From positions 45,769 through 109,768 of the IMG/VR virus record IMGVR_UViG_3300044736_000016: 64,000 bases of DNA. The stretch is one strand, 5' to 3'. The position numbers were made by a program, and so were the translations under genes. Below, piece after piece: positions 9,869 to 19,043 of this stretch. Each line of letters begins with the position of its first letter. Position 1 is the first letter of the stretch. The notes under the pieces are model-generated. The model saw nothing but the letters and a program-made list of their open reading frames with translations, made no database searches and was not told the DNA's origin. The stretch comes from a virus.

Positions 9869-10213
9869 CTATGCGTCGGTTGACGAGGGCGTGGCCTGAT
9901 CTGTGAGTAGTGCGCGGCCCTTCTCGTTGATCTCGAAGTCACCGCGACACCCGCAAGCGCAGCCTTCGCTAAGCAGACCATGTGCGATTACTCGCTTAGC
10001 CTTGGCCAGGATGACCTTCTCGGGGAACGTTGGAAGCGCGGTGGCAAGGTCGCTCACGAGGCACCAGTGGCCACCCCTCACGAATGCCCCGCCGAGCATG
10101 GTGTGGCGATCATTGGTCAGTGTGCAGGTTCCATCGTTGCAGGCCGCGACCACTGCCAAGAAAGCTGCGTCGGTGATGTCCGAGGCCTTCGGCACGGTCC
10201 GGGGTTCACTCAT
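9869..10213 (-). CDS. Hypothetical phage protein (GCACGCRGDF motif)
   Basis: Coupled operon; FPEKVILAK...GC.CGCRGD motif. Confidence 0.6.
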   Translation of the reverse strand: MSEPRTVPKASDITDAAFLAVVAACNDGTCTLTNDRHTMLGGAFVRGGHWCLVSDLATALPTFPEKVILAKAKRVIAHGLLSEGCACGCRGDFEINEKGRALLTDQATPSSTDA

Positions 10214-10378
10214 GCTGGCATTCTACGGGCATCTCCGGCATCTGCGCGGTCCGGTACTGCTCCACGGCCGTGTCTCCACCGTCCCAGCATGCGAAGCACC
10301 ACATCTGCGGCGGTGTCGTCCAGACGATAGTGGCTGCGGCGGACCGCTGTATGGGCGCCCCACAGGCTGCGCACTGGC

Positions 10379-10615
10379 TCATCTCTTTGCGGACCTAGCG
10401 TAGGCTCGGCGGTCGATCCAGAACAGCACCAGCGGCTCACACCCGACACACGTAGCCACTGCGGCGAACACTGCGAAGGTAGAGCGGATCGCGCCTGTGG
10501 TCAGGATTGCCGATACTGCGTAGATCACCGTCAAGGCGAATCCCGCCGCGATCAGGCGTTGAGCCTGTGCTCGCCACTTCCACTCAGCCCACGTAAGCTT
10601 GGTGCCCTCAGACAC
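10379..10615 (-). CDS. Small membrane protein
   Basis: Two hydrophobic segments. Confidence 0.5.
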   Translation of the reverse strand: MSEGTKLTWAEWKWRAQAQRLIAAGFALTVIYAVSAILTTGAIRSTFAVFAAVATCVGCEPLVLFWIDRRAYARSAKR

Positions 10616-10624
10616 GCTCAGTGC

Positions 10625-10921
10625 TCACGGCAGCCACCCGGTCAGCCAGAGCCACTGACGGCGACGGCGGGATGGACGCGGACGTAGCAGCATGATGAGC
10701 CCCATCGCCTCCCACGTCCTGCCCATCTCTGCGACCACCTCGGAGGCGTGGCCGGTCTGCTCCACGGGGATACGCAAACTCGCCCTGTCCGCATCCAGCA
10801 TGAGTAGCGACGGGAACCCGCGCGTAGCCTCTGCGACGGCCCGCATGCGCTCGACTGCATCGCCAGACGTGATGACCCATGCGTCCGGATGTGGCAGGCG
10901 GAATCGGTCGTCCGTGGTCAT
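10625..10921 (-). CDS. Hypothetical protein
   Basis: ATGA-coupled to the upstream gene. Confidence 0.5.
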   Translation of the reverse strand: MTTDDRFRLPHPDAWVITSGDAVERMRAVAEATRGFPSLLMLDADRASLRIPVEQTGHASEVVAEMGRTWEAMGLIMLLRPRPSRRRRQWLWLTGWLP

Positions 10922-11247
10922 CTTTGGGACTCCGTCTTGGTGCGCTTACGGCGCGGCTTGCGGGGTGGTGGCAGATAATCTAACGCGACGTCCAGCGCCA
11001 CCTTCGCTGCGATGAGGTCATCCCGCGCGAGTGCTGTCCGTGCGTCGATGGCGGCTCGTGCAGTATCAACCAGCCAATCGCATGCTTCCTTGTCCACCTC
11101 ATACTCGGAGGAACCGGCCACGAACTCCTCTGCCACTGCCAGCCGCTCCTCTGCCGTGGTGGCAGAGTCAAAGGTACGCGGGGTGTATTCGACGTCAAGC
11201 GCTCCGGCCTCGTCACCCATATCCGAACTCGGTGCGGGATCGATCAT
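10918..11247 (-). CDS. Hypothetical protein
   Basis: Likely start MIDPAPS, overlapping the stop of 11244..11453. Confidence 0.45.
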   Translation of the reverse strand: MIDPAPSSDMGDEAGALDVEYTPRTFDSATTAEERLAVAEEFVAGSSEYEVDKEACDWLVDTARAAIDARTALARDDLIAAKVALDVALDYLPPPRKPRRKRTKTESQR

Positions 11248-11717
11248 CTGTATCCCCCTATCCTCAGCCAGCGGGCGAGGGTGAGTAGCCACGGACAGCG
11301 GCGGGCGGGGTTCGCGCACAAGACGAGTTCCTCGAAGGGCTCGTCTGGCCCGAGTTCGCGTCGCCGGGATGGGTCCCACGGTTTGCCGTCGTCTGTGCGC
11401 ACCTCGCCAAGCATGTTGCCTTCAAGGTCATACAAGTACTCGGGCTCATCCATGGCAGTGCGACCTCAGCGGAGAGGTATCGCCACAGATCAGCCACGTT
11501 GCTGCGCCAGCGTAGATGATGAATCCACCGATCACCTGCAAGAGCGGTGAGGAGGAGACCGTCCAGACAACGAGCGTCGACAGGATCGGTGCCAGCACTA
11601 CCAACAGGAAGCGGAGCCTCTCGGTGTGGTGTTCTTGCGAGTCGATGAGTAGATCCACGGCTGCGATCCTCTCCTCGATGGTGAAGTCGCGTATTGGTTC
11701 GGGATGCTCTGTCTCGC

Positions 11718-12119
11718 TCACGGCGTGAACCTCCGTACGCTCTCGCTGGCAGCCTTGCGTCGAGCGTGTGCCCATGCTATCGGAGTACCGTCAGGCAGGT
11801 GGCAGGGACGTCCCATCTCGGACCCACAGTGCGGGCAGGCTACGTCTCTCGGCGGCCCGCGGTAGAGCGGGTTGCGGCACACGTCGTCGGTGGTACTGAC
11901 CAGCCAGCCGCATCCCTGCCGCCCACAACGCACGTAGCAGCCGCAGGAGCCCATACCCTGTGCGCCGCAGGGCTCAGGACGTGCCGGCAGCAGGATGGTC
12001 AGCGATCCTGTCGTCGTGGTATCTTGGTCTGGGCTGCGGTGAGGGTGATGCCCCGGGCGGGACTGACGAGTTGCGCGAAGGGTGGGCGTTCCGATCCGCA
12101 GCCCATCAGTCGTGCTCAC
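11718..12119 (-). CDS. Zinc-finger protein (CPxC...GxPC...HxxR phage DNA-binding type)
   Basis: ACPHCGSEMGRPCH...AHARR. Confidence 0.55.
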   Translation of the reverse strand: MSTTDGLRIGTPTLRATRQSRPGHHPHRSPDQDTTTTGSLTILLPARPEPCGAQGMGSCGCYVRCGRQGCGWLVSTTDDVCRNPLYRGPPRDVACPHCGSEMGRPCHLPDGTPIAWAHARRKAASESVRRFTP

Positions 12120-12545
12120 TCTGGGCCGAGCTCCGTCAGCGCATCCCACATCTCCCGGCCGGCTGAGCACCATGCCTTGGGCTCCACGTTCCCGCTGTAG
12201 AGTAGTGTGGCTTCGGCGGCGGCACACTTCGGACACTCAGCGCAGTGTGCCGAGATAGCCTCATAGACGAGTTCGCGAACCATGGTGGTAGGGACGATCT
12301 CGCCCTTATTTATCTTGCTCATGGCAGCAACGCCTTGGCTTCTCTTAGGAGACGCTGTGCCTGAGAGATGATGCGACGTACCTCGGCACGTTCCTTCCTG
12401 CCGTGGGTCGACATAGCGCAGGCGTCGATGAGGAGATCCTTCGCCTCCCACACCTTGTCGTATGCCATGCGCTCTACGGTGACAATCGGCGCGACGGCCA
12501 CGTCGCAGGGCCTGTATTCGCCCATGTCGGGGTCTCCGTGTCCTC

Positions 12546-12932
12546 TCATATCGCATCTCCGTGTGTCGGTGCTGGGTGGTTCTCATGCCGAGGATCGCTG
12601 GGAGGGAGTACGCACCATCCGGGCATGCAGTCGGCGTGAGGGCGCTCTGCTCCGAATGCGCACAGCGGTGCGGGCGCGGCGTACCTGATCTCGGCAAGCC
12701 GAACGTTGGCGCGATCCATGGTGGCAAGGCGGGCAGGCGTCTCGTCCTCGCGGTAGCAGTTCACGTCCCAGCGGCTAGCCCAGAACTTTCCGCCAAAGCC
12801 TAGCGAGCCGCAGAAGCGGAACTCATCGCCAGACGCCCCCGTGTCGAACCACTGCGCGAAGTAGTCACGACTCGCTTCTCGGGCCGCGCACTCCTCAACG
12901 AGAACATCATAGATGCGGTTGGCGGCGCTCAT
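12546..12932 (-). CDS. Conserved phage hypothetical protein
   Basis: EFRFCGSLGFGGKFW...V.CY.EDETP motif. Confidence 0.6.
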   Translation of the reverse strand: MSAANRIYDVLVEECAAREASRDYFAQWFDTGASGDEFRFCGSLGFGGKFWASRWDVNCYREDETPARLATMDRANVRLAEIRYAAPAPLCAFGAERPHADCMPGWCVLPPSDPRHENHPAPTHGDAI

Positions 12933-13141
12933 GCTGGGTCTCCTTGGTGGTTGCGCCGATGTGCTGCCTTCCGGCACGTCGCCGAGCAGAAACGCTTTGT
13001 GCTCCGCTCCCCTGCCATCGGCTGACGGCACTGCTCGCAGACTTGGACGAGGTTGAGCGCGTCGAGGTCGATCGCCAACTCCGCGACGAGGTGGGAGCCG
13101 TCTATCCGCAGGCTGGTGACCTTCACGGAAAGCTCGGTCAC
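12929..13141 (-). CDS. Small zinc-finger protein (CxxC...RFCSxxC)
   Basis: CEQC...KRFCSATCRKAAHR. Confidence 0.55.
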   Translation of the reverse strand: MTELSVKVTSLRIDGSHLVAELAIDLDALNLVQVCEQCRQPMAGERSTKRFCSATCRKAAHRRNHQGDPA

Positions 13142-13458
13142 GACTGCGGATGCGAGCAGGGACGGATTGCGCCGACACTCCATCCCTGACCATCTTCACA
13201 CTCGATGACAAGCCAGCAGCACCGACAACTCCGACAGATGTAGCCAGCAGCACTGAGCAACGAGAAGCGGGATGACCCCGAGACTTCGCCGACCCAAGCC
13301 TGTCCGGGTGTGTGGCCAGCGCGTCGCATCCTGCCCATGAGTGCTGCACGGGCTGCATCAATGGACGAGGCGTGGGTCACGGTCTCAGGCTGAGCCGCGT
13401 AGGGTCGGCTGCCCTCAGTCCGCAGGGAGGTGATCCGCGCTCCGGTGAGGTCAGTCAT
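13138..13458 (-). CDS. Hypothetical protein, paralog of 13694..13972
   Basis: QPETVTHASSIDAARAALMGRMRRAGH shared motif. Confidence 0.55.
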   Translation of the reverse strand: MTDLTGARITSLRTEGSRPYAAQPETVTHASSIDAARAALMGRMRRAGHTPGQAWVGEVSGSSRFSLLSAAGYICRSCRCCWLVIECEDGQGWSVGAIRPCSHPQS

Positions 13459-13693
13459 TCGGTTCCTCCGTTGTCATCTGCGCCGCACTGAAAGCAACGA
13501 CGCCCGCGAGATGCTGACGGTGAAAGCCGCACGATGCGGGCACTGCTGCGCCAACCGGATGCCTCCCACTCTGCCCAAAGTTCATAAAGCTTCTGCTGGC
13601 ACGGGCCGCAGTGGATGATGCCAACAGGCTTGGAGCGGCCTGACGTGTACTCCCATTGCTGGTACCAACGGGATGGGTCTGCTGTGAGGTCGG

Positions 13694-13972
13694 TCATCGC
13701 GCGTCGCCTGTGCAAATCGTGATGGCATCGACGAGCCATCCATGGCCCATATCGCCGTACTCGATAACCATCGAACTACTACGGCAGCGTGCGCAAACAT
13801 ACCTTGCACCTCGCCATGGAAGAGAGGTGGGTGACACGCCCGCCCATTCTAGTTGCGGTACGTGGCCAGCGCGGCGCATCCGCCGCATGATGGTCGCGCG
13901 TGCAGCATCCATCGACGAAGCTAGGGTTATCGTCTCGGGCTGAACTGCTGGGGACTGCGCCGACTGTTCCAT
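13694..13972 (-). CDS. Hypothetical protein, paralog of 13138..13458
   Basis: QPETITLASSMDAARATIMRRMRRAGH; leaderless start after TATGCT. Confidence 0.55.
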   Translation of the reverse strand: MEQSAQSPAVQPETITLASSMDAARATIMRRMRRAGHVPQLEWAGVSPTSLPWRGARYVCARCRSSSMVIEYGDMGHGWLVDAITICTGDAR

Positions 13973-13989
13973 GCCAAGAGCATACCACG

Positions 13990-14355
13990 CTATTCGCCGT
14001 AGCGTGGCAACCCATCACGGCAATCTGCGTCAGGCGTCGCCAGACTGGATACTGCCCAGGGCGTAGGCGACGGGCTCTGGCTGGGCGGCGCTGAGGGACG
14101 TGGCTGCCGCTGTGCGTGGGGTTGGGCGGGGTGCTGGCCTCCGGGGCGGTACGGGGCGCTCGTAGCACGCTGGCGTGACCGTCCGCCGTTCGGTGCGGGT
14201 CGGCTGCTCGAGGATGGCGAACCTGTCCCGCCTCCGTGTCCTGCCGGCGACTCCGAGCAGGGCGGGGTGCAGGCTCGGGCCAGCTGCGTCGCCGTGGTGG
14301 GGATCAGGACGGCAGCGACGGTAGCGAGAGCCACCAAGCCGCGACGTGCGTGCAT
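13990..14355 (-). CDS. Putative secreted Pro/Ser-rich protein
   Basis: GGAGG RBS; MHARRGLVALATVAAVLIP...ARA signal-peptide-like N-terminus. Confidence 0.5.
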   Translation of the reverse strand: MHARRGLVALATVAAVLIPTTATQLARACTPPCSESPAGHGGGTGSPSSSSRPAPNGGRSRQRATSAPYRPGGQHPAQPHAQRQPRPSAPPSQSPSPTPWAVSSLATPDADCRDGLPRYGE

Positions 14356-14369
14356 GTCGGTCGCCTCCG

Positions 14370-15100
14370 TGCGTGGGTGTGACGCACGTATGACGATCCA
14401 CGGCGCGCGAATCCTGCCCGCGAACTCACGCGGCGCGGCGAAATTGGCACACGTAGGCTTTACGGTGTCCCCTCTACCTCGCGCGTGGTCTTGCTTCGGT
14501 TCTCTGGGGTTGGCCCGTGGTCCACAGCCCGTGCCGTGGTTGTTGCTACGCCCGTCCCCCACCCTGCCATCACCGGATCCAGCAGCGGAGTATCTGTCGC
14601 CCCCCCTATATCCCCCACACGGAAGATACAGAGAGGACGACATGCAGCATCACCGTCACCGTTGCGTGATCACTGCTACCGGGTTCCCTTGACCTTGCGG
14701 CCACCGCCTCATTTCACTCAGCGGCTTACCCGGATCGACGCGCCGCCTGCAACGGCCGTCGGCATGGGCTCGTTCAAGCCAACGTGTTTATGTGGCCCGC
14801 GCCTTCCTTACCCTGCATCCCGCATCCCCCGAGTAGCCGGTGGGCGGACCCTGGCCGGGAACTAGATGGGGCGGCGCTGCTGGGTGTGCGCGTCGTCGTG
14901 GCCGTAGCCACGGACCGAGGCTGGGCCTACCGGGTACCCATGGGGTCTCCGACGCGGTACGATGAGCCCGCGAGGCAGCGGCTTGGACGGTCTCATCTCC
15001 GTCCCCTCAGTGCTAGCTGAGGCGCTGGGAGTATTGTTACTCACGCAGGCCGCGCCTCGCAACCACCCGCCCCACGATGCCGTGGTATCTGAATGCCGCT
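14370..15100 (-). ncRNA. Candidate large structured non-coding RNA or long 5' leader
   Basis: No credible CDS; 22-bp hairpin with 6 G-U pairs on - strand; GCAA and cUACGg tetraloops on - strand; dense further stems. Confidence 0.5.
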
Positions 15101-15371
15101 GACCGTTCTACTCCGCGCTAGGTAGCAGAACCGCAGCCGTCTTGGCCAGCACCGCGGCCCGTCCACGGCTCATCGCAGGCCGAGCACGGCGGATGTGGCG
15201 CAGTACCGCTCCCGCATCCCCGACGAACACGCGGCAGCCCTCCAGCGTCACCACGTACCCACGTGCCCTTATCCCCGCCAGCGTCCTAGCCTGACTGCGG
15301 CTCATCGCAGCCGTGGGCGGCCCGCTTCTCTCCTTGGTCCCCAGTATCCAAGGGATACGGCTGGAGCCAAC

Positions 15372-15704
15372 CTACGGGGCTGCGGCGTCCACGGCTGCGA
15401 CGGCCTTCGCCAGCAGCTCACGAGTGTGCGTCCCGGCAGGCGTGCCGTAGGTGAGATCGGCGCGGGCGGCGAGCAGGACCGCCTCTAGGAGTGCCATCCG
15501 TTCTGCATCTGGCCATGGTCGGACGTACTCAGCGAGTCGGTCGTCGTCTAGCCATGCCCACTCAGCAACGAGGTTGATGTCGATCTCATGGTCGTGCATC
15601 CACGGCTCATCGATGCCCTTCTCCTCGGGCAGACTATGGTCGATCGCCTTGCCGCTGTACGCCGCGCGCACCGCCACCGCATCCCCATCCTTGTACTCGC
15701 TCAT
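15372..15704 (-). CDS. Hypothetical protein
   Basis: Coupled ORF with normal composition. Confidence 0.55.
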   Translation of the reverse strand: MSEYKDGDAVAVRAAYSGKAIDHSLPEEKGIDEPWMHDHEIDINLVAEWAWLDDDRLAEYVRPWPDAERMALLEAVLLAARADLTYGTPAGTHTRELLAKAVAAVDAAAP

Positions 15705-15901
15705 GGCTGGGGATGGTAGCGCGGATCGATCTCAGCCTTGCGTCGCCGTAGGTCCATGATTCCGCATGCCTTGGAGCAGAACAGAGCGTCAGAGCGCTTC
15801 GGCAGGAACCACACTCCGCAGCGAGGGTTGTGGCACTGCGTGAGGCCGTCTGGTAGGGCTCGGACGGTGACGCGAGGCCCAGTCTTGCGTGCCGCGGTCA
15901 C
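15701..15901 (-). CDS. Small zinc-finger protein
   Basis: CHNPRC...FCSKAC. Confidence 0.55.
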   Translation of the reverse strand: MTAARKTGPRVTVRALPDGLTQCHNPRCGVWFLPKRSDALFCSKACGIMDLRRRKAEIDPRYHPQP

Positions 15902-16884
15902 CGGGTGGGCGCAGTGTGCAGGCGGTAGTCGTGCTCTACACGGCCGATCTGTGCGTCGCCACGGGCATGCTGCGGTACCCAGAACTTGCCCTCGTGCCGC
16001 CCGAACAGGAGGCCACGCCCGTACTTGGGACCGTAGTGGTGGAAGGAGCCTCGGACGCTGGTGAGTGGTACGCCCCCGCCTTGGCCACCTACACCTCCGC
16101 GAGTTGATCGGCCAACGGGGAACACGTTGAGCGTCTTCACGGTCACACCCATAGCGGCCAGTCGTCGCCGCTCAGGGCGAGGACGCTGGGGCTCTACAAG
16201 TTCTACATTGCGGCACGCGAGGAAGTTGAACGTTCCGAGCAGAACGAGAAGCGCCTCGTCCCATGCGTAGTCGTGGTCGTGGATGATGTCGATAGAGCGG
16301 ATGTCCGCTGGGCTGCCGTCCTCATAAATATCGATCTGCCATGAGTGCAGCGGTCCTACAGTCGTGGCCAAGCCGCCCTGGCCCCTACCCCCGACCCACA
16401 TGAAGGCTAAGACGCGCCAAAACACATCGTCTTCCCTGACGACGTGGACCGGCTGGTTGTGGGGGATCGGCTTTCCAATATCATCCCAGGAATTCCCCAG
16501 CAGTTCGTCACGTTGAGTAGAGACGAGGTGGAGGACGAATACCGTGCCATATTCGTTGACAAAGCACACGGCTGCCTCGCGCCAGGGTTGAGCGATGCAC
16601 GGGTGGTCCTCGTAGACAGCCACTGGGCGAGCAGATGTTTTGAGCGATTCGTAGATCGCCGTAGCGTCGACCACGACTGGATCTTCAACTAGCTCAAGCG
16701 CTCGCTCCGTCACTTTGGCTCCTGCGGCCTGCTGCGGCGTGCTCGCTGTGGCCGGGCAGGGGTTGCCTGCGCGGTGCCTGCGGAGATCGCTTATGACCTT
16801 AGCGATGGGCTCTGCGGTCATCGGACAGTACTCATGCGAGCATGATACCGAAACCGAGTTGAGATCGGCAACATGGCTCGGCAT
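15898..16884 (-). CDS. Conserved phage hypothetical protein (lower GC; start uncertain)
   Basis: C-terminal VRG.F.HY...W.P.H.RG...G.V..DY motif. Confidence 0.55.
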   Translation of the reverse strand: MPSHVADLNSVSVSCSHEYCPMTAEPIAKVISDLRRHRAGNPCPATASTPQQAAGAKVTERALELVEDPVVVDATAIYESLKTSARPVAVYEDHPCIAQPWREAAVCFVNEYGTVFVLHLVSTQRDELLGNSWDDIGKPIPHNQPVHVVREDDVFWRVLAFMWVGGRGQGGLATTVGPLHSWQIDIYEDGSPADIRSIDIIHDHDYAWDEALLVLLGTFNFLACRNVELVEPQRPRPERRRLAAMGVTVKTLNVFPVGRSTRGGVGGQGGGVPLTSVRGSFHHYGPKYGRGLLFGRHEGKFWVPQHARGDAQIGRVEHDYRLHTAPTR

Positions 16885-16921
16885 GGTAGCGCCAGCCTCG
16901 GCCTGACGCAGCGGGTAGGCG

Positions 16922-16953
16922 CGGGCAAACCCACAGGCACGGCGATCCTGCGC
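16922..16953 (+). promoter_or_regulatory. Putative late promoter motif CGGGCAA-N15-GATCCTGCGC
   Basis: Same motif and spacing at 26040-26071; both directly precede a GTG start. Confidence 0.5.
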
Positions 16954-16955
16954 CC

Positions 16956-18662
16956 GTGGCGACCGATACCAAGACCACCGAGTCCGACGCCCAAGCTGTC
17001 GAACATTCGCATCCCAAGGCGGGCGGCGGGAAGTACACACACTCCCACGCCATCACGGGCACGAAGGCCCACGGGCACGCCGTAGACGCGAAGGACAACG
17101 GCTCCACGACCGAACTCCTGCCCACGGTCGCTGCGATGAGCGAGACCTCGCCCGGGGTGATGGCACTGCGGTTCCCCCAGCAGGCAAGGCTCTCTGAGGG
17201 GGCGCCGATCGACTACCTGTGCACTGGGGAGTGGACGTTCCCCGAGTTGAACCGCGGCAATCCGATCTGTGTGACCCGCGACGATCTCACCGATGTCAAG
17301 CGGCTGTGGGACGAGAACGCCTACGGGCAGAACCTGCCGATCATCGATGAGAACCACGATCCGAACCGCGCAGTGGGGTGGATCAAGCGCCTCGACTGGC
17401 ATCCCTCTGACCCCGACAGGCTGGTGGCGGTCCCTGACTGGAACGAGGGATGCGACAAACTCGTCGCTTCTGGCGCGTACGGGTACACATCACCGCTTCT
17501 GCTCCTGAACTGGCGCGACCCAGTGTCCGGCACGGTGTATCCCGTCGTCCCCGGCGGCCTCGGCCTGGATCCCAACGACCCCGAGGGCGATACGTCCGGG
17601 CTGGCCTTGGCGAACCACCCGAAAATCAAGAAGCTCAGTGCCAAGTTTGCGGCATCCGAGAGCGGTGATACGCAGGCTGCGCTGATTGCGTTCGGCGAGG
17701 CAGGCACGGTGTTCAGCGGCGTTGCGGCAGACACTGCCCGCGCACTGCTGGCTGAGGGTGACGGCGCACCGATCGACTTCGCTGCGGCCGACACCTCTGC
17801 GGACATGACCGATCTGCCGCCGTGCAGTTGGGCGCCGCCCTATGCGGAGTACAACCGCTGTCCGGGCTATACGCGGGTGCTCGCAGATGGTGACGGCGAT
17901 GCTCCAGGCGATCTGCCCGGATGCTGCCGTCTGGCGGCGCAGTGCAATGGCTACTCCCCGGTCCCAAACGGGACTGTTCCACCGTATCAGCGCTCCTACT
18001 ACAGCGAGGGACACAGCATGGCCGACAACCCGGCCCAGCCGGCCGGAGTGCCGGCCGCCAATCCGTCTCCGGTACCCAACGCGCCGCAGACCGCCCCGCC
18101 CGCGGCCCCGCAGCCACCGCCAGCACCACCGCCCCCTGCTCCCACCCCTGCCGCGCAGCACTCCGCGGACATGGGAGAGATGCAGCGCATGCTCGCTGCG
18201 GAGACCCACCAGCGCGAGACGATGCAGACCGAGGTCGCACGGCTCGGCGAGGAGCTGAGGCGGCGCGATGAGGACGACAAGATCCGCAGTGTGACGGTTC
18301 GGCTGTCAGAGCTCGCGAAGCGTTTTCCCCCCGCCGTCCTGGACAGTCTCGCCGGAGCCGCAAAGAACGGCGTGCGCGACCGCACCCGCCTGCTCAGGCT
18401 GAGCGAGCATCCGGTAGGGATCGAAGCGCTCGAGGCCATCCCGCAGGTGAAGGGTGGCGCGGTGTCGCTGAGCGAGATCGGCACTGGCGCAGAGGCTGAC
18501 CCGGAGACCTCCTACTCGCGGCTGCGGAAGTTCGCCGAGGAGCTGCGCGCGGCAGACCCGAAGCTCACCCGCGAGCAGGCGATGCTCAAGGCGAGCGAGG
18601 ACCACCCTGACCTCGTCGCTGCGTACCGCGCCGAGAAGTATGTGCCCGGCGCGGCTGGCTGA
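16956..18662 (+). CDS. Capsid maturation protease/scaffold (Mu gpI-like)
   Basis: LPIIDENH...AVGWI..L; W...V....YGYTSP; LALANHP; C-terminal helical scaffold. Confidence 0.82.
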   Translation: MATDTKTTESDAQAVEHSHPKAGGGKYTHSHAITGTKAHGHAVDAKDNGSTTELLPTVAAMSETSPGVMALRFPQQARLSEGAPIDYLCTGEWTFPELNRGNPICVTRDDLTDVKRLWDENAYGQNLPIIDENHDPNRAVGWIKRLDWHPSDPDRLVAVPDWNEGCDKLVASGAYGYTSPLLLLNWRDPVSGTVYPVVPGGLGLDPNDPEGDTSGLALANHPKIKKLSAKFAASESGDTQAALIAFGEAGTVFSGVAADTARALLAEGDGAPIDFAAADTSADMTDLPPCSWAPPYAEYNRCPGYTRVLADGDGDAPGDLPGCCRLAAQCNGYSPVPNGTVPPYQRSYYSEGHSMADNPAQPAGVPAANPSPVPNAPQTAPPAAPQPPPAPPPPAPTPAAQHSADMGEMQRMLAAETHQRETMQTEVARLGEELRRRDEDDKIRSVTVRLSELAKRFPPAVLDSLAGAAKNGVRDRTRLLRLSEHPVGIEALEAIPQVKGGAVSLSEIGTGAEADPETSYSRLRKFAEELRAADPKLTREQAMLKASEDHPDLVAAYRAEKYVPGAAG

Positions 18663-18673
18663 GGAGATAGGAC

Positions 18674-19042
18674 GTGGCTTACGAGTTGCAAGGCGCAGGG
18701 GGGATCATGTCCCTCCTCGCTCTCGCGGACATGACTGGGTCGCAGTACCTCGCCGTTGCGGGCGACGTGGCTAGCGGACAGGTGGTGGTGAATACCTCCG
18801 CAGGAACGCGCAGTCTCGGCGTGTTGCAGAACAACCCCCGCCTCGGACAGCCGTGTGCGATCTGGCGGGGGTCGAGCATCACGAAGTGGGTCGCGGGAGC
18901 CACCATCGCACAGTTCGCTGTGGTGACGACCGACACCGCAGGAAAGGCCAAAACTGCTACTGGCGGTGACATCGTCCATGGGGTAGCGCTGGAAGCCGGG
19001 GTCACAGGCGCCCTTGTGACCGTGGCGCTGGGAGGCATCTGA
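18674..19042 (+). CDS. Capsid cement/decoration protein
   Basis: GVLQN.P..G, G.A...GVALEAG..G motifs; between protease and MCP. Confidence 0.75.
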   Translation: MAYELQGAGGIMSLLALADMTGSQYLAVAGDVASGQVVVNTSAGTRSLGVLQNNPRLGQPCAIWRGSSITKWVAGATIAQFAVVTTDTAGKAKTATGGDIVHGVALEAGVTGALVTVALGGI

Positions 19043-19043
19043 C

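Noticed and set aside
14704-14724. CUGAGUGAAA resembling a hammerhead core on the minus strand
   Set aside because: Does not fit CUGANGA...GAAA with the required three stems
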